Source: Thermodesulfobacteriota bacterium
GTDB lineage: Bacteria; Desulfobacterota_D; UBA1144; Nemesobacterales; Mycalebacteriaceae
Length of the DNA: 64,000 nucleotides
Reading direction: 5' to 3'
Assembly: GCA_965205855.1 (NCBI GenBank)
Contig: OZ242184.1
Location: 96,001-160,000, forward strand
Shown: piece by piece, positions 1 through 9,022 of the stretch
Layout: every line of letters begins with the position of its first letter
How positions within the stretch are numbered: the stretch's first letter is position 1
Notes under the pieces: generated by a model
Seen by the model: only the letters and a program-made list of their open reading frames with translations
Database searches by the model: none
What the model was told of the DNA's origin: nothing
Position numbers and translations under genes: made by a program

Positions 1-1108
1 TCTTACGGCGGTTTTCGTGTCTGACAGAATCACTCAGGGGACGGGTCTTAACACCGGAACCGGAGACGGCTGGGACGGCGGAGCGCTTGCTCTTATTTAT
101 AACTACGCTGACATGAACGGAGTCAACGTTACCGTTGGCGGTTATGTGTTCCCTTACATCCATCAGGATGCTTTTATAGGCGGATTCGGCGATCTTGACA
201 GATACACCCTCTACTCAGGTTTGATTGACCTTAAAGGTTCATCCTGGAGATTGGCCGGTGAGCTTCAGGGCGGATTCGGTGAGATAGAGAACATTCTTGG
301 CGCGGCGGATTCATCACTCTCAAACGCTTTGCTTTGGGTGGTTCGCGGCGAATACTCTCCTTCTTCCATAGACTACTTGACTGTGGTTGGAGCGGAGTTC
401 GGTTGGGCTGACGGAGACAAAAACGACGGTTCTTGGATAGCTGGTGACGATATTGAAGGCGGAGTTATCGTTTTCAACCCGGCTTACAATCTTGACAACC
501 TGTTGTTCAAGCACGTAATGCCTTCCATCTATCAGGATGCGCATGGCAACATTCTTGCCAGAGCGGACGCCAGTGTGCAGAACGCCTACTACGCGCGTAT
601 GTATACAACTGTTCCCCTTACGGAAAGACTTTCTTTCTCTCCTCAGGTTCTTGTTGGCTGGAACAACGAGACCGACGGGCTGATAAGGAATCCTAACGCC
701 ACATATGAATATGATGCAGTGGTCTCTGGTACAAATGCGGATGCTGACGGAGTAGCAATAGTACAGCCGAAGCCGAACGCTTCTTCCTACATCGGAACCG
801 AGGTTGAAGGAACTTTGACTGTCGGAATTTACCCCGGAGTCAAACTGGACATCATCGGTAGTCTTCTGGTTGCCGGAAGCGGTGTGACTGACCTTCTTGA
901 GGCGCAGGCATTCGCGCGTGACAATGATGGTAGTAACTTGGATCTCGGAGACTTTGGTAATGTTACAGATCAAGCGGCGCTTGATGCAGCCATAGCAACC
1001 GAGCTTGGTACACAAATAGTCGGCGGGCAGGAAGCCGATGACATCATTTGGGGTGTCAAAACGAAACTGACCATCCTCATAGACGAGTTCTTCAAAGCTG
1101 AAGGATAA
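1..1108 (+). CDS. Outer-membrane beta-barrel/porin-like protein, 5'-truncated by the window edge; paralog of the next gene
   Basis: Frame is open from position 2 (LTAVFVSDR...). Shares blocks with the 1435-3315 protein: GDLDRYTLYS/GDLDRLTIYS, GAEFGWADGDK/GGEFGWVDGDK, FNPAYNLDNLLFKHVMP/FNPAYNIDHLLLKHVLP. Alternating hydrophobic beta-strand pattern. Confidence 0.7.
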   Translation, partial: LTAVFVSDRITQGTGLNTGTGDGWDGGALALIYNYADMNGVNVTVGGYVFPYIHQDAFIGGFGDLDRYTLYSGLIDLKGSSWRLAGELQGGFGEIENILGAADSSLSNALLWVVRGEYSPSSIDYLTVVGAEFGWADGDKNDGSWIAGDDIEGGVIVFNPAYNLDNLLFKHVMPSIYQDAHGNILARADASVQNAYYARMYTTVPLTERLSFSPQVLVGWNNETDGLIRNPNATYEYDAVVSGTNADADGVAIVQPKPNASSYIGTEVEGTLTVGIYPGVKLDIIGSLLVAGSGVTDLLEAQAFARDNDGSNLDLGDFGNVTDQAALDAAIATELGTQIVGGQEADDIIWGVKTKLTILIDEFFKAEG

Positions 1109-1153
1109 GACTACGGTTAAAAAATCCTTTTCTGACAAAGTAAAGGGACAAAT

Positions 1154-1192
1154 AAAGGCGGCGCTTCTTACAAAGAGTGCCGCCTTTTTTTT
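1154..1192 (+). terminator. Rho-independent terminator
   Basis: Stem AAAGGCGGCGCT / AGTGCCGCCTTT followed by a T-run, just after the stop at 1108. Confidence 0.85.
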
Positions 1193-1341
1193 ATTGTCTT
1201 TTGCCTGAAAACAGCTTTTTTATTCGTTTCTGTTGTTGGTTACAATGCAATCGGAAAAAGCCAAAGCGCAATTCGGGCAACCGGAGACAACAAACACCGC
1301 TTTCATCAGAAAGCCACACGAGTAAAGATGTTATTTTACAC

Positions 1342-1370
1342 TTGAAAAATCTTGCGTCTTTCTATAGAAT
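1342..1370 (+). promoter_or_regulatory. Putative sigma70 promoter
   Basis: TTGAAA(1342-1347)-17 nt-TAGAAT(1365-1370), upstream of SD GAGGAGG and ATG 1435. Confidence 0.55.
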
Positions 1371-1434
1371 TGAGCCAGTTTTCCGTTTTTGTGTAAAACT
1401 AACGATTACAGAGTTCCTAATGAGGAGGGGAAGA

Positions 1435-3315
1435 ATGTTTAACAATTTCATACGCTATATATTTTTCGCGGCAGTTGCGGTTTTAATCGGAACGCCCGAT
1501 TCACACGCGGTACAAGTCACTTTTGATTCCTATCCGAGTTTCATGAGAACAAGGGCAAGGGTTTTTAATAACTCAACTTTCAACAGTTCCAATCTTATCT
1601 CCGGCAGCGGAAGAAAAGACAGGATTTTCTTTGTTGACACCACATTGCGCCTTGCGCCGGAATTGAGACTTTCCGACAACATCAGAATCGTAACCCAGGT
1701 GGATGTTGCCGATAATGTAATATGGGGCGGCAGAACGAGCCAGTTGCTCGGAGGCGGCGGAACGCTTGTTAACTCAGGTATATCACCAACTGACAGTTTT
1801 AGAGGAGCGTTCCTGACTCCGGTTTACAGCCCGGTTGCGTTTCTGGACTCATCTCTGGGCCCCGCTTTGGACAGAGACGCTGCGGTTCAACCTGACTCCG
1901 GATGGTTTAATATCCGTATGGCGTATATGCATATAGAACTCCCCGAAGAATTCGGCGCCATAAGAATCGGACGCCAGCCGTTTGACTGGGGACTTGGAAT
2001 TTTCTCCAACGGCGGACATGACCCTTCATCGGATTTCGGAACTCTGGTTGACAGACTCCTTTTTGTGAAAACTTTTGAATTGCCAAGTAGCACGCCGATA
2101 ACAGGAACCGTAACCACAATGGTGTTTGCGGATTTGCGCACAGGCGGCACGGATGAGCTTACCTCAACCGGCATCGGCTACAGTGGCATCGGCGCGGGAA
2201 TTGTCTATAACAAACCCTCGTATCAGGACGGCACAACCGACTTTACTCTTGGCAGTTTTGTTTATCCGTGGATAAGACAAAGAAACTTTGACGGCGGAAA
2301 CTACTTCGGCGGTGGAACTGGAGACCTTGACCGGCTTACGATTTACTCGTTTATGCTGGACATCCGCCGTAACTCATTCCGCCTCGCGGGTGAGATTAAC
2401 GGAGCTCAGGGTAGGTTCAGCAATGTAACAGGCTTCAATCCATGTCCTGCCTTCATTTGCCGACGCGTAGTGCTCAACAGAGATGAAACGAAAATAAGCA
2501 ACCAAATCGCCTGGGCGGCGCGTCTTGAGTTCACGCCCCGTGATATTGTTGAAGTGGTCGGAGGAGAATTCGGCTGGGTTGACGGAGACAAAATCGGAGA
2601 CGGAGGCGAATACTGGGAAGGAAATGACTCAATTGACGGCGGATTTATCGCATTCAACCCCGCTTATAATATTGACCATCTCTTGCTCAAGCATGTGCTT
2701 CCCACAATATACCAGAGCGCAAACAGCAGTCTTTTCACGCAATCCGAGGGCGGAATTCAGAACACACGCTACGCGCGTTTCTATGTTGATTTCAACCTTT
2801 CGGAAAGTATTGTGATGAAAAACCAGTGGCTTGCCGCATGGACAAACGAGACGGACGGTCTTTTTGTTGCAGGCGAGTCGGTGAAAACCTTTATCGGGAA
2901 CGAACTTGAAACCACTTTGAGTTTCCGTCTGATGCCCGGAGTGTCTCTTGATTTTACCGGAAGCGTGGTTTTCGCCTCCGGCGGGCTGGAAGATATGTTT
3001 GAAGGACAGGCGTGGAACAACATAGTCCGCGGCAGTAGCAATAGCATAGACGTACAGAGCGGAAGTGCTCCCACAGTACGCCAAGTTCAGTTTCTCAATC
3101 CCGATGGAACGGCCAGCGTTCCGGGTTTGACTTCAACCATTACCATTGCAGCAGGTGAAATTTCCAATCCGGTTGCCCCGGAAGTTCAGCAAAAAGCGTA
3201 TGACGCTCTGAGAGAGGAGTTTGGTAATATCTACAACTCCAACAAAGACAGACTCTGGTCTTTGCAGACAGTCCTGACGATTCAGCTGGACACGGTACTG
3301 GACGAGAGAATATAA
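1435..3315 (+). CDS. Outer-membrane beta-barrel/porin-like protein (resembles TIGR04551-type barrels)
   Basis: Start moved to ATG 1435 (SD GAGGAGG; signal peptide MFNNFIRYIFFAAVAVLIGTPDSHA). Motifs LRLAPELRLSDNIRIVTQVDVADN and IRIGRQPFDWGLGIFSNGG...DFGTLVDR are typical of such barrels (recalled similarity, not searched). Confidence 0.65.
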   Translation: MFNNFIRYIFFAAVAVLIGTPDSHAVQVTFDSYPSFMRTRARVFNNSTFNSSNLISGSGRKDRIFFVDTTLRLAPELRLSDNIRIVTQVDVADNVIWGGRTSQLLGGGGTLVNSGISPTDSFRGAFLTPVYSPVAFLDSSLGPALDRDAAVQPDSGWFNIRMAYMHIELPEEFGAIRIGRQPFDWGLGIFSNGGHDPSSDFGTLVDRLLFVKTFELPSSTPITGTVTTMVFADLRTGGTDELTSTGIGYSGIGAGIVYNKPSYQDGTTDFTLGSFVYPWIRQRNFDGGNYFGGGTGDLDRLTIYSFMLDIRRNSFRLAGEINGAQGRFSNVTGFNPCPAFICRRVVLNRDETKISNQIAWAARLEFTPRDIVEVVGGEFGWVDGDKIGDGGEYWEGNDSIDGGFIAFNPAYNIDHLLLKHVLPTIYQSANSSLFTQSEGGIQNTRYARFYVDFNLSESIVMKNQWLAAWTNETDGLFVAGESVKTFIGNELETTLSFRLMPGVSLDFTGSVVFASGGLEDMFEGQAWNNIVRGSSNSIDVQSGSAPTVRQVQFLNPDGTASVPGLTSTITIAAGEISNPVAPEVQQKAYDALREEFGNIYNSNKDRLWSLQTVLTIQLDTVLDERI

Positions 3316-3319
3316 ACCC

Positions 3320-3381
3320 GTTATTTCCCCCTTTTCGGAACGCCGCATCTGTTTGGCGTTCCGGAAAGGCAAATAACTTTT
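3320..3381 (+). terminator. Long hairpin, probable terminator
   Basis: GTTATTT..CCTTTTCGGAACGCC / GGCGTTCCGGAAAGG.AAATAAC followed by TTTT, directly after the stop at 3315. Confidence 0.6.
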
Positions 3382-3456
3382 CCGCCACATCTGGCGGTGT
3401 TCCCCTTCTCATTAACTCCTGAAAAAGTGTTATAATTTCCCTCCAGAGGTGATTAG

Positions 3457-4989
3457 GTGAGTTTCTTTGCGCTAATTTTACTGTCGGTATTTTTTCTCTT
3501 TCCGGTTCCTTGCGCGCTTGCGGGTGAAGCTCTGACGCTTTCCGTTCAGCAAGCCGGGGTTCTCGCGCTTGAAAACAACAAAAACATCCTCATAAGCAGG
3601 CAGGCCGTTCTTGCCGCGCTTGGAGAGGTAAAAGCGGAGCGTGGAAAATTTGACCCCGTTTTTGAGGTAAATTCGTCCTATGATTCGCTTTCCGAACCGT
3701 CCGCATCCTCTCTTGTTTCGGGCGGAATTGAAACACGCAGGTTTGCGGCAAGCATGGGATTGACCGGTGCCCTTCCGTCTGGAGCGTATTATGATTTGTT
3801 CAGGTTTTCGGTCTCAAGAGAGAAAAGCGATTCGCCGATTCAGTCATTGAGTCCGGCTTATTCTTCAAGCCTGGATATGAGAGTGGGGCACGACCTTCTC
3901 AGAAACTTCGGCTCAAAAACGGGCAAGGCGTCCATTGTGGCGCAAAGTCTCCAGAGCGACATCACGCGCCTTGATCTCATAAAAGGGGTTTCCGATGTAC
4001 TTTTTGAGGTTGAGAACAGATACTGGAACCTTGTTGTCGCCGAGCGGCAATACGGGCTTGTGCGGCAAAACCTTGATCTTGGCATTGACTTGCTTGAAAG
4101 AAACCGGATTAAGGTCAGGGAAGGAGTTTTGACCGGTCTTGACGAGATGAAAGCCGAGTCCGAAGTCGCGGCGCTAAGGGTGGAGCTTATAGAGGCGGAA
4201 AACGAATTCAGAAATGCCGGAGACAGGTTAAAAAACCTTCTCGGGCTACCGCTTGACGGGGAAATTGAACCGACAGATGTTCCCACGGTGAAATTCCACG
4301 GGAGTCTTGATATCTCGGAGCTCATGGAAACCGCTTTTGAAAATAGGGCGGAGTTAAAACAGGCGGCAAAACGCCTAAGGATAGTTGAAGAGCGGAGAAA
4401 CTTCCGCTCAAACCAGAAGTTGCCCAGACTTTCCGTTGAGGGAGTTGTTTCACTCAGGGGCCTTGCGGGAAGCCGGAATCCCGACCGCCTGATTTTTCAG
4501 AATCCGGGAACGGATTTGTCGGTTTTCGGCGGCGGGTTTTCCGAGTCTGTCTCACGCACGGCGGACGCCGACTTTGTGAGCTGGGGGGCGAGCGTGAAAA
4601 TGTCCGTTCCGATAGGAAACCGCAGCGCCGCCGGGATTTATGAAGCCGCCGAAGCCGAAGTCAACAAGGCGGTTGTTGAATACGGGCAGACCAAAGAGGC
4701 AATAGCACTTGAAGTGAAAGAGGCAAGGGACAGGGTTTGGAGTGGATACAGGCGCACGGAGGCGTCCGAAACATCCGCGCGGCTTGCGACCGAGGTGCTT
4801 GAAACAGAAAAAGAGAAATACTCCGCCGGGCTTTCCACAACCCGCGAAGTGCTTGAAGCCCAGCGCGACCTTGCCGAAGCGCAGTCAATACGCATACGGT
4901 CTCTCGCGGATTACAGAACTGCGCTCGCCGCTCTTAAAAAGGCAATTGGGACAATCAGCGACAGCATTGACATACCCAAAGGGCTGTGA
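3457..4989 (+). CDS. TolC-family outer-membrane efflux protein
   Basis: Signal peptide, ALENN motif, two repeated helical halves (YWNLVVA; EKEKYSAGLSTTREVLEAQRDL). TGnTATAAT at 3428-3436. Confidence 0.9.
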   Translation: MSFFALILLSVFFLFPVPCALAGEALTLSVQQAGVLALENNKNILISRQAVLAALGEVKAERGKFDPVFEVNSSYDSLSEPSASSLVSGGIETRRFAASMGLTGALPSGAYYDLFRFSVSREKSDSPIQSLSPAYSSSLDMRVGHDLLRNFGSKTGKASIVAQSLQSDITRLDLIKGVSDVLFEVENRYWNLVVAERQYGLVRQNLDLGIDLLERNRIKVREGVLTGLDEMKAESEVAALRVELIEAENEFRNAGDRLKNLLGLPLDGEIEPTDVPTVKFHGSLDISELMETAFENRAELKQAAKRLRIVEERRNFRSNQKLPRLSVEGVVSLRGLAGSRNPDRLIFQNPGTDLSVFGGGFSESVSRTADADFVSWGASVKMSVPIGNRSAAGIYEAAEAEVNKAVVEYGQTKEAIALEVKEARDRVWSGYRRTEASETSARLATEVLETEKEKYSAGLSTTREVLEAQRDLAEAQSIRIRSLADYRTALAALKKAIGTISDSIDIPKGL

Positions 4990-5038
4990 GACGGTTTGTG
5001 CGCTTTTTGCGCCTTGCCGTGCGTTGATTTTATCTTTC

Positions 5039-6610
5039 TCAATGTTTGAAATGCCGGACGCCGGTTAGAAGAACGGCCATTCCGTGCTCATCCGCGGCGG
5101 CGGTTGTCTCTTTGTCTCGTACCGAACCGCCCGGGTGGACAGCTGCGGTTATTCCCGCTTTTGACGCTTCGTCAATTCCGTCCCTGAACGGAAAAAACGC
5201 GTCGGATGCCATAACGCAACCTTCGGTCGGGCTTTGCGCCTTTATTGCTGCAAGTTTTACCGAATCCACCCTGCTCATCTGTCCCGCGCCTATTCCCACG
5301 GTCGCGCCGTTTTTTGCAAACACTATGGCGTTGGATTTGACGTGTTTGCATACCTTCCAAGCAAATTGCATATCAAGGATTTCGCTCTTTTCCGGTTGTC
5401 TGCGAGTGGGTGATTTTGCGCCTTCAAAATCCGAGTCCGATGTTGAATCCCTATCCTGTATGAGCGCTCCGCCCGTAACCTTTTTGAAATCACGGGAGCT
5501 ACCGCTGTGCGCTCCGCCTGTCCGCGGGGTTTCCAGAACCCTGAGGTTCTGTTTTTCGGACAGTATGCCCGTGCTTTCTTTTGAAAATCCCGGCGCAATG
5601 ACGACCTCAACAAACATATCCGCTATGTGGCGCGCTGTCTGCGGGTCAACTTCGCGGTTGAACGCCACTATGCCGCCAAAAGCGCTTACGGGGTCGCACT
5701 GTTTTGCCAGAACAAACGCATCGGCGGGGTTTTGAGCCGTGGCAACGCCGCACGGATTGTTATGCTTTACAATCACGCAAACAGCCTCTTTTTTCGGGTT
5801 GAATTCCTTTGCGAGCTCAAAAGCGGAATCAGTGTCGTAAATGTTGTTTAGTGAAAGCTCCTTGCCCTGAAGCTGCTTTGCGTTTGAAACGCACGGTTCG
5901 GACGGATTGTCGGTGTAAAAAGCCGCTCTCTGGTGTGGGTTTTCCCCATATCTGAGATCCGTTTTTTTTATGAGGTTGACGGAAAGTTTGTCGGGAAACC
6001 CGGTGTCGGGTTTCGCAGTAGAAGAGAGAAAACCCGATATTGCCGAGTCGTATCCCGCCGTGAGCGCAAACGCTTTTTGTGCAAGCCGTAGCCGTGTTTT
6101 TTTAGACACCTCTGCGCTGGGTTTTTCCAATTCTTCAATCACGGCAGGATAGTCCGCCGGGTCCGTAATCACGGTTACAAAGCGGTGGTTTTTTGCCGCC
6201 GCACGTGTCATCGCGGGTCCGCCTATGTCTATGTTTTCAATCGCTTCGGTAAATGAAACACGGGGCTTGGCAACCGTCCGTTCAAACGGATAGAGATTGA
6301 CGACAACCATATCTATCGGCTCAATGCCGTTTTCCCGCATCTGTTTTATATGTTTGGGGTCATCCCTTACGGCGAGTATCCCGCCGTGTATTTTCGGGTG
6401 AAGTGTTTTCACTCTGCCGCCGAGAATCTCCTTCGCGTGGGTGTGGGTCTCCACTTTTGTAACGGCAACGCCCGCTTGCTCAAGCGTTTTTGCCGTCCCG
6501 CCCGTGGACAGGATTTCAACGCCAAGTTTTTTCAACTGTTTTGCAAACTCCTCAACGCCGGTTTTGTCCGAAACGGATATGAGGGCTTTTTTTATGGCAA
6601 CGGACGACAT
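5039..6610 (-). CDS. purH: Bifunctional AICAR transformylase/IMP cyclohydrolase
   Basis: ALISVSDKTG, GRVKTLHPKIHGGIL, LRYGENPHQ, KHNNPCG, SDAFFPF, C-terminal RHFKH. Likely start ATG 6610. Confidence 0.97.
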   Translation of the reverse strand: MSSVAIKKALISVSDKTGVEEFAKQLKKLGVEILSTGGTAKTLEQAGVAVTKVETHTHAKEILGGRVKTLHPKIHGGILAVRDDPKHIKQMRENGIEPIDMVVVNLYPFERTVAKPRVSFTEAIENIDIGGPAMTRAAAKNHRFVTVITDPADYPAVIEELEKPSAEVSKKTRLRLAQKAFALTAGYDSAISGFLSSTAKPDTGFPDKLSVNLIKKTDLRYGENPHQRAAFYTDNPSEPCVSNAKQLQGKELSLNNIYDTDSAFELAKEFNPKKEAVCVIVKHNNPCGVATAQNPADAFVLAKQCDPVSAFGGIVAFNREVDPQTARHIADMFVEVVIAPGFSKESTGILSEKQNLRVLETPRTGGAHSGSSRDFKKVTGGALIQDRDSTSDSDFEGAKSPTRRQPEKSEILDMQFAWKVCKHVKSNAIVFAKNGATVGIGAGQMSRVDSVKLAAIKAQSPTEGCVMASDAFFPFRDGIDEASKAGITAAVHPGGSVRDKETTAAADEHGMAVLLTGVRHFKH

Positions 6611-6708
6611 TTGATTATGTTTTGCGTCCAATGAAGGACGGAAAAACAGTTTATACAATCAGAGACCACACAGAAACACCGGATGGCAAACTGTTTTGGA
6701 TATTTCAT

Positions 6709-6745
6709 AAAAAAAGGGAGGACTGCTTTGTGGGCAGTCCTCCCT
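6709..6745 (-). terminator. Rho-independent terminator of the ADC-like pair
   Basis: Stem GGGAGGACTGC / GCAGTCCTCCC with an A7 run at 6709-6715 (U-tail on the minus strand). Confidence 0.85.
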
Positions 6746-6771
6746 AATTTTAGCACAGTGCTAAGGCTTTA

Positions 6772-7758
6772 TTAGCCCTGGCTGTACTGCGGGAGCAGGA
6801 AGCGGTGACGCATCGTGTATTCGAACGGTTTCGCGTAGGCGATTGCCCTGCTATCCGTTGCGCCGAGGTCGTCCGCTGACCTGTCAACCGTCTTGGTCCA
6901 AATTGTCTGAGCCCCCGGGATTATCAGATTGAAAGTGAAACTTATCAATCCGACAACCTCTTTAGCCGGTATCTGACCGGCCATGAAGTCAAAAGGCGTG
7001 CCTGACATGTACCAAGCGCGGATGTCATCTCCTGTTGCTGTCCTTACACTGTCCGGGTCAAGTTGGAAGCGGTGTCCCGTTCCAAATGCCGGCGGAAGCT
7101 CGGACGGAAGATATGTAACCTCGTGGGTACTACTGGTTACATCCGGGCGGGTCGTGATTCTGTAGTTCATCCTTCCCCAGTCCGTCTGTCCGTAAAACGC
7201 GGGTTTTACTGACAGCTCTTTGTCGGAATAACGTCCGTTGGCAGTGTGAATAATATACCCGCGACGCTCCATGAGCATGTTGAAGTAATTGCTGTTCGTG
7301 CCATGCTCAAAAGCGGCGATGTAAGCGGCCTTTTTCGGAAATCCGAAAGGCTCCTTACCTGCCCATATCCCAGAGTCGTTGGAAAGATACATGTACGGGT
7401 AGTAACCCGCTTTGTATGTGTTTCCATCCTGACCTTTTACCGTAGCGGAAAAAGTCACGCCCATCTCCATGTAAGGGCCGATCATTGTGTTCTTGTGTAT
7501 AACATACCAGAACTCTATGACGTCGTCGTGGAGTTCAATCGGCTCAGGCAGTATTTTTTTCATGTCGTTTTCATCTGCTCTGATGACGAAAGCCATCCAG
7601 CGGCTCTCCGTGTAGGTGAGCGGTATGATGTCATAGTCAAAGACAGGGTCTGCGACACCCTGAGAAATGATGTCTATTCTGTCTCTATCCATTGGCAGCG
7701 GAGGGACTTCGCCTTCCGCAAGCCAAGGGTAACTGTACTCATTTGCTTGCATTCCCAT
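6772..7758 (-). CDS. Acetoacetate decarboxylase-like (ADC superfamily) protein, paralog A
   Basis: GPYMEMGV and YPYMYLSNDSGIWAGKEPFGFPKK match the ADC YxE and G-x-PKK Schiff-base motifs. SD AAGGAGG. Confidence 0.8.
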   Translation of the reverse strand: MGMQANEYSYPWLAEGEVPPLPMDRDRIDIISQGVADPVFDYDIIPLTYTESRWMAFVIRADENDMKKILPEPIELHDDVIEFWYVIHKNTMIGPYMEMGVTFSATVKGQDGNTYKAGYYPYMYLSNDSGIWAGKEPFGFPKKAAYIAAFEHGTNSNYFNMLMERRGYIIHTANGRYSDKELSVKPAFYGQTDWGRMNYRITTRPDVTSSTHEVTYLPSELPPAFGTGHRFQLDPDSVRTATGDDIRAWYMSGTPFDFMAGQIPAKEVVGLISFTFNLIIPGAQTIWTKTVDRSADDLGATDSRAIAYAKPFEYTMRHRFLLPQYSQG

Positions 7759-7788
7759 AGTTCAATTAACCTCCTTAAAAGTTAACAA

Positions 7789-8766
7789 TTAAGAACCCTG
7801 ACTGATGGGGAACTGCTGTCTGAGACCGTATTTGTAAGGTGTCGCAAATCCGGCGTAGTCAGCGGGTCTCTCATAAGTCTCATTCCAGAGAACCTGCGCA
7901 GGCGGAATTACAAGGTCGAACACAAACGAGATCATTCCCGTTATTTTGTCAACCTTGAGCTCCGTGCCCATGTTGTCAAACGGAGTTCCCTGCATAAACC
8001 AGTTTACGGCATCTCCCGATGCTGTTCTGGTGTGCTCAGGTTTAATCTGGAAGCGATGACCTTTGATCATTGAGTCAAAGGGCGGCGGAAGTTCGGACGG
8101 TAAGTATGTAAGTTGCCACTCGGAGCTTGAAACATCAGGTCTTGTAATAACCTTCATGTTGAACTTGCCCCAGTCCGTTTTTCCGTAGAAATACGGAGGT
8201 TTTACATCTTTGTCGTCAAACTTTCCTGTTGCGCTGTGCATCAGGTATCCGTTACGCGACATCGCAAATCCGAAGAAGTCGGTTCCTTTTTCACCGCCGT
8301 GTACCGAACAGCGAATGTAGGACATCTTTTTCGGAAATCCCAGGACACGACCCGCATCAACGGGTGCGTCACCGGTCAGGTACATGTACGGGTAGTAACC
8401 CCCTTTCCAGACGTTACCTTTCGGGTCCTTGTAGGTTGCCGACATGGTAACACCAAACTCCAGATACGGACCAAGCATGGTGTTCAAGTGGTCAACATAC
8501 CAGAACTCAACAAGGTCTGCGTCGTCTCCGTCCCACGGCTCAAGCGGTGGGTTAGGAATAAGACGGCGCCTTGTCTCTTCTGAACAACTGACAATAAAAG
8601 CCGACCAGCGGCTGTCCGTGTAAGTAAGAGGAAGAACATCGATGTCCCACAGCGGATCCGCAGGATTCGCTATGATCCAAGACTTGATATCCCTCTCAAT
8701 CGGAGGAGGCGGAACCTCCTTCGTCATTTCCCAATATTTACTTGGGACATTGAGGTGACTAGGCAT
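7789..8766 (-). CDS. Acetoacetate decarboxylase-like (ADC superfamily) protein, paralog B
   Basis: GPYLEFGV and YPYMYLTGDAPVDAGRVLGFPKK. SD AAGGAGGT. Collinear similarity to 6772-7758. Confidence 0.8.
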   Translation of the reverse strand: MPSHLNVPSKYWEMTKEVPPPPIERDIKSWIIANPADPLWDIDVLPLTYTDSRWSAFIVSCSEETRRRLIPNPPLEPWDGDDADLVEFWYVDHLNTMLGPYLEFGVTMSATYKDPKGNVWKGGYYPYMYLTGDAPVDAGRVLGFPKKMSYIRCSVHGGEKGTDFFGFAMSRNGYLMHSATGKFDDKDVKPPYFYGKTDWGKFNMKVITRPDVSSSEWQLTYLPSELPPPFDSMIKGHRFQIKPEHTRTASGDAVNWFMQGTPFDNMGTELKVDKITGMISFVFDLVIPPAQVLWNETYERPADYAGFATPYKYGLRQQFPISQGS

Positions 8767-8887
8767 ATAATTTTACCTCCTTTGGTAGTCTTCCGACCGC
8801 TACCTAGCTCCAATGCGACCGGAGAATTGAGGGGAACCACAGAGACTGATAAACGACAAATATCAAACTGCTATCCCAACCTCGCTG

Positions 8888-8920
8888 TAATTTTTACCAC
8901 ATACCTTGTATGTGTGTCAA
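8888..8920 (-). promoter_or_regulatory. sigma70-type promoter with a palindromic operator in its spacer
   Basis: Minus strand reads TTGACA-CACATACAAGGTATGTG-GTAAAAAT. The 17-nt spacer is a perfect 7-3-7 inverted repeat (8898-8914). The -10 element is weak. Confidence 0.6.
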
Positions 8921-9010
8921 GTGAACGGGGCTTAAATTTTCAAAAAAAATTAAGCCATACGGTTAACAACTTTCGCAACCGGGCGGCCGGTCGGGTTGGA
9001 AATGTTATAA

Positions 9011-9022
9011 ATACCTTGTATG
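9011..9022. promoter_or_regulatory. Second copy of the operator core ATACCTTGTATG
   Basis: Identical 12-mer at 8901-8912 and 9011-9022. Confidence 0.5.

Noticed and set aside
320-1138. 272-aa minus-strand ORF
   Set aside because: Antisense shadow of the barrel gene, with no motifs.
1177-1434. N-terminal extension of the 712-aa ORF in the track
   Set aside because: It runs through a terminator and a promoter; the SD and signal peptide point to ATG 1435.
6750-6764. TTAGCAC-A-GTGCTAA resembling a CIRCE element
   Set aside because: It lacks the TC/GA bases and the 9-nt spacer, and lies between a stop codon and a terminator rather than at a promoter.
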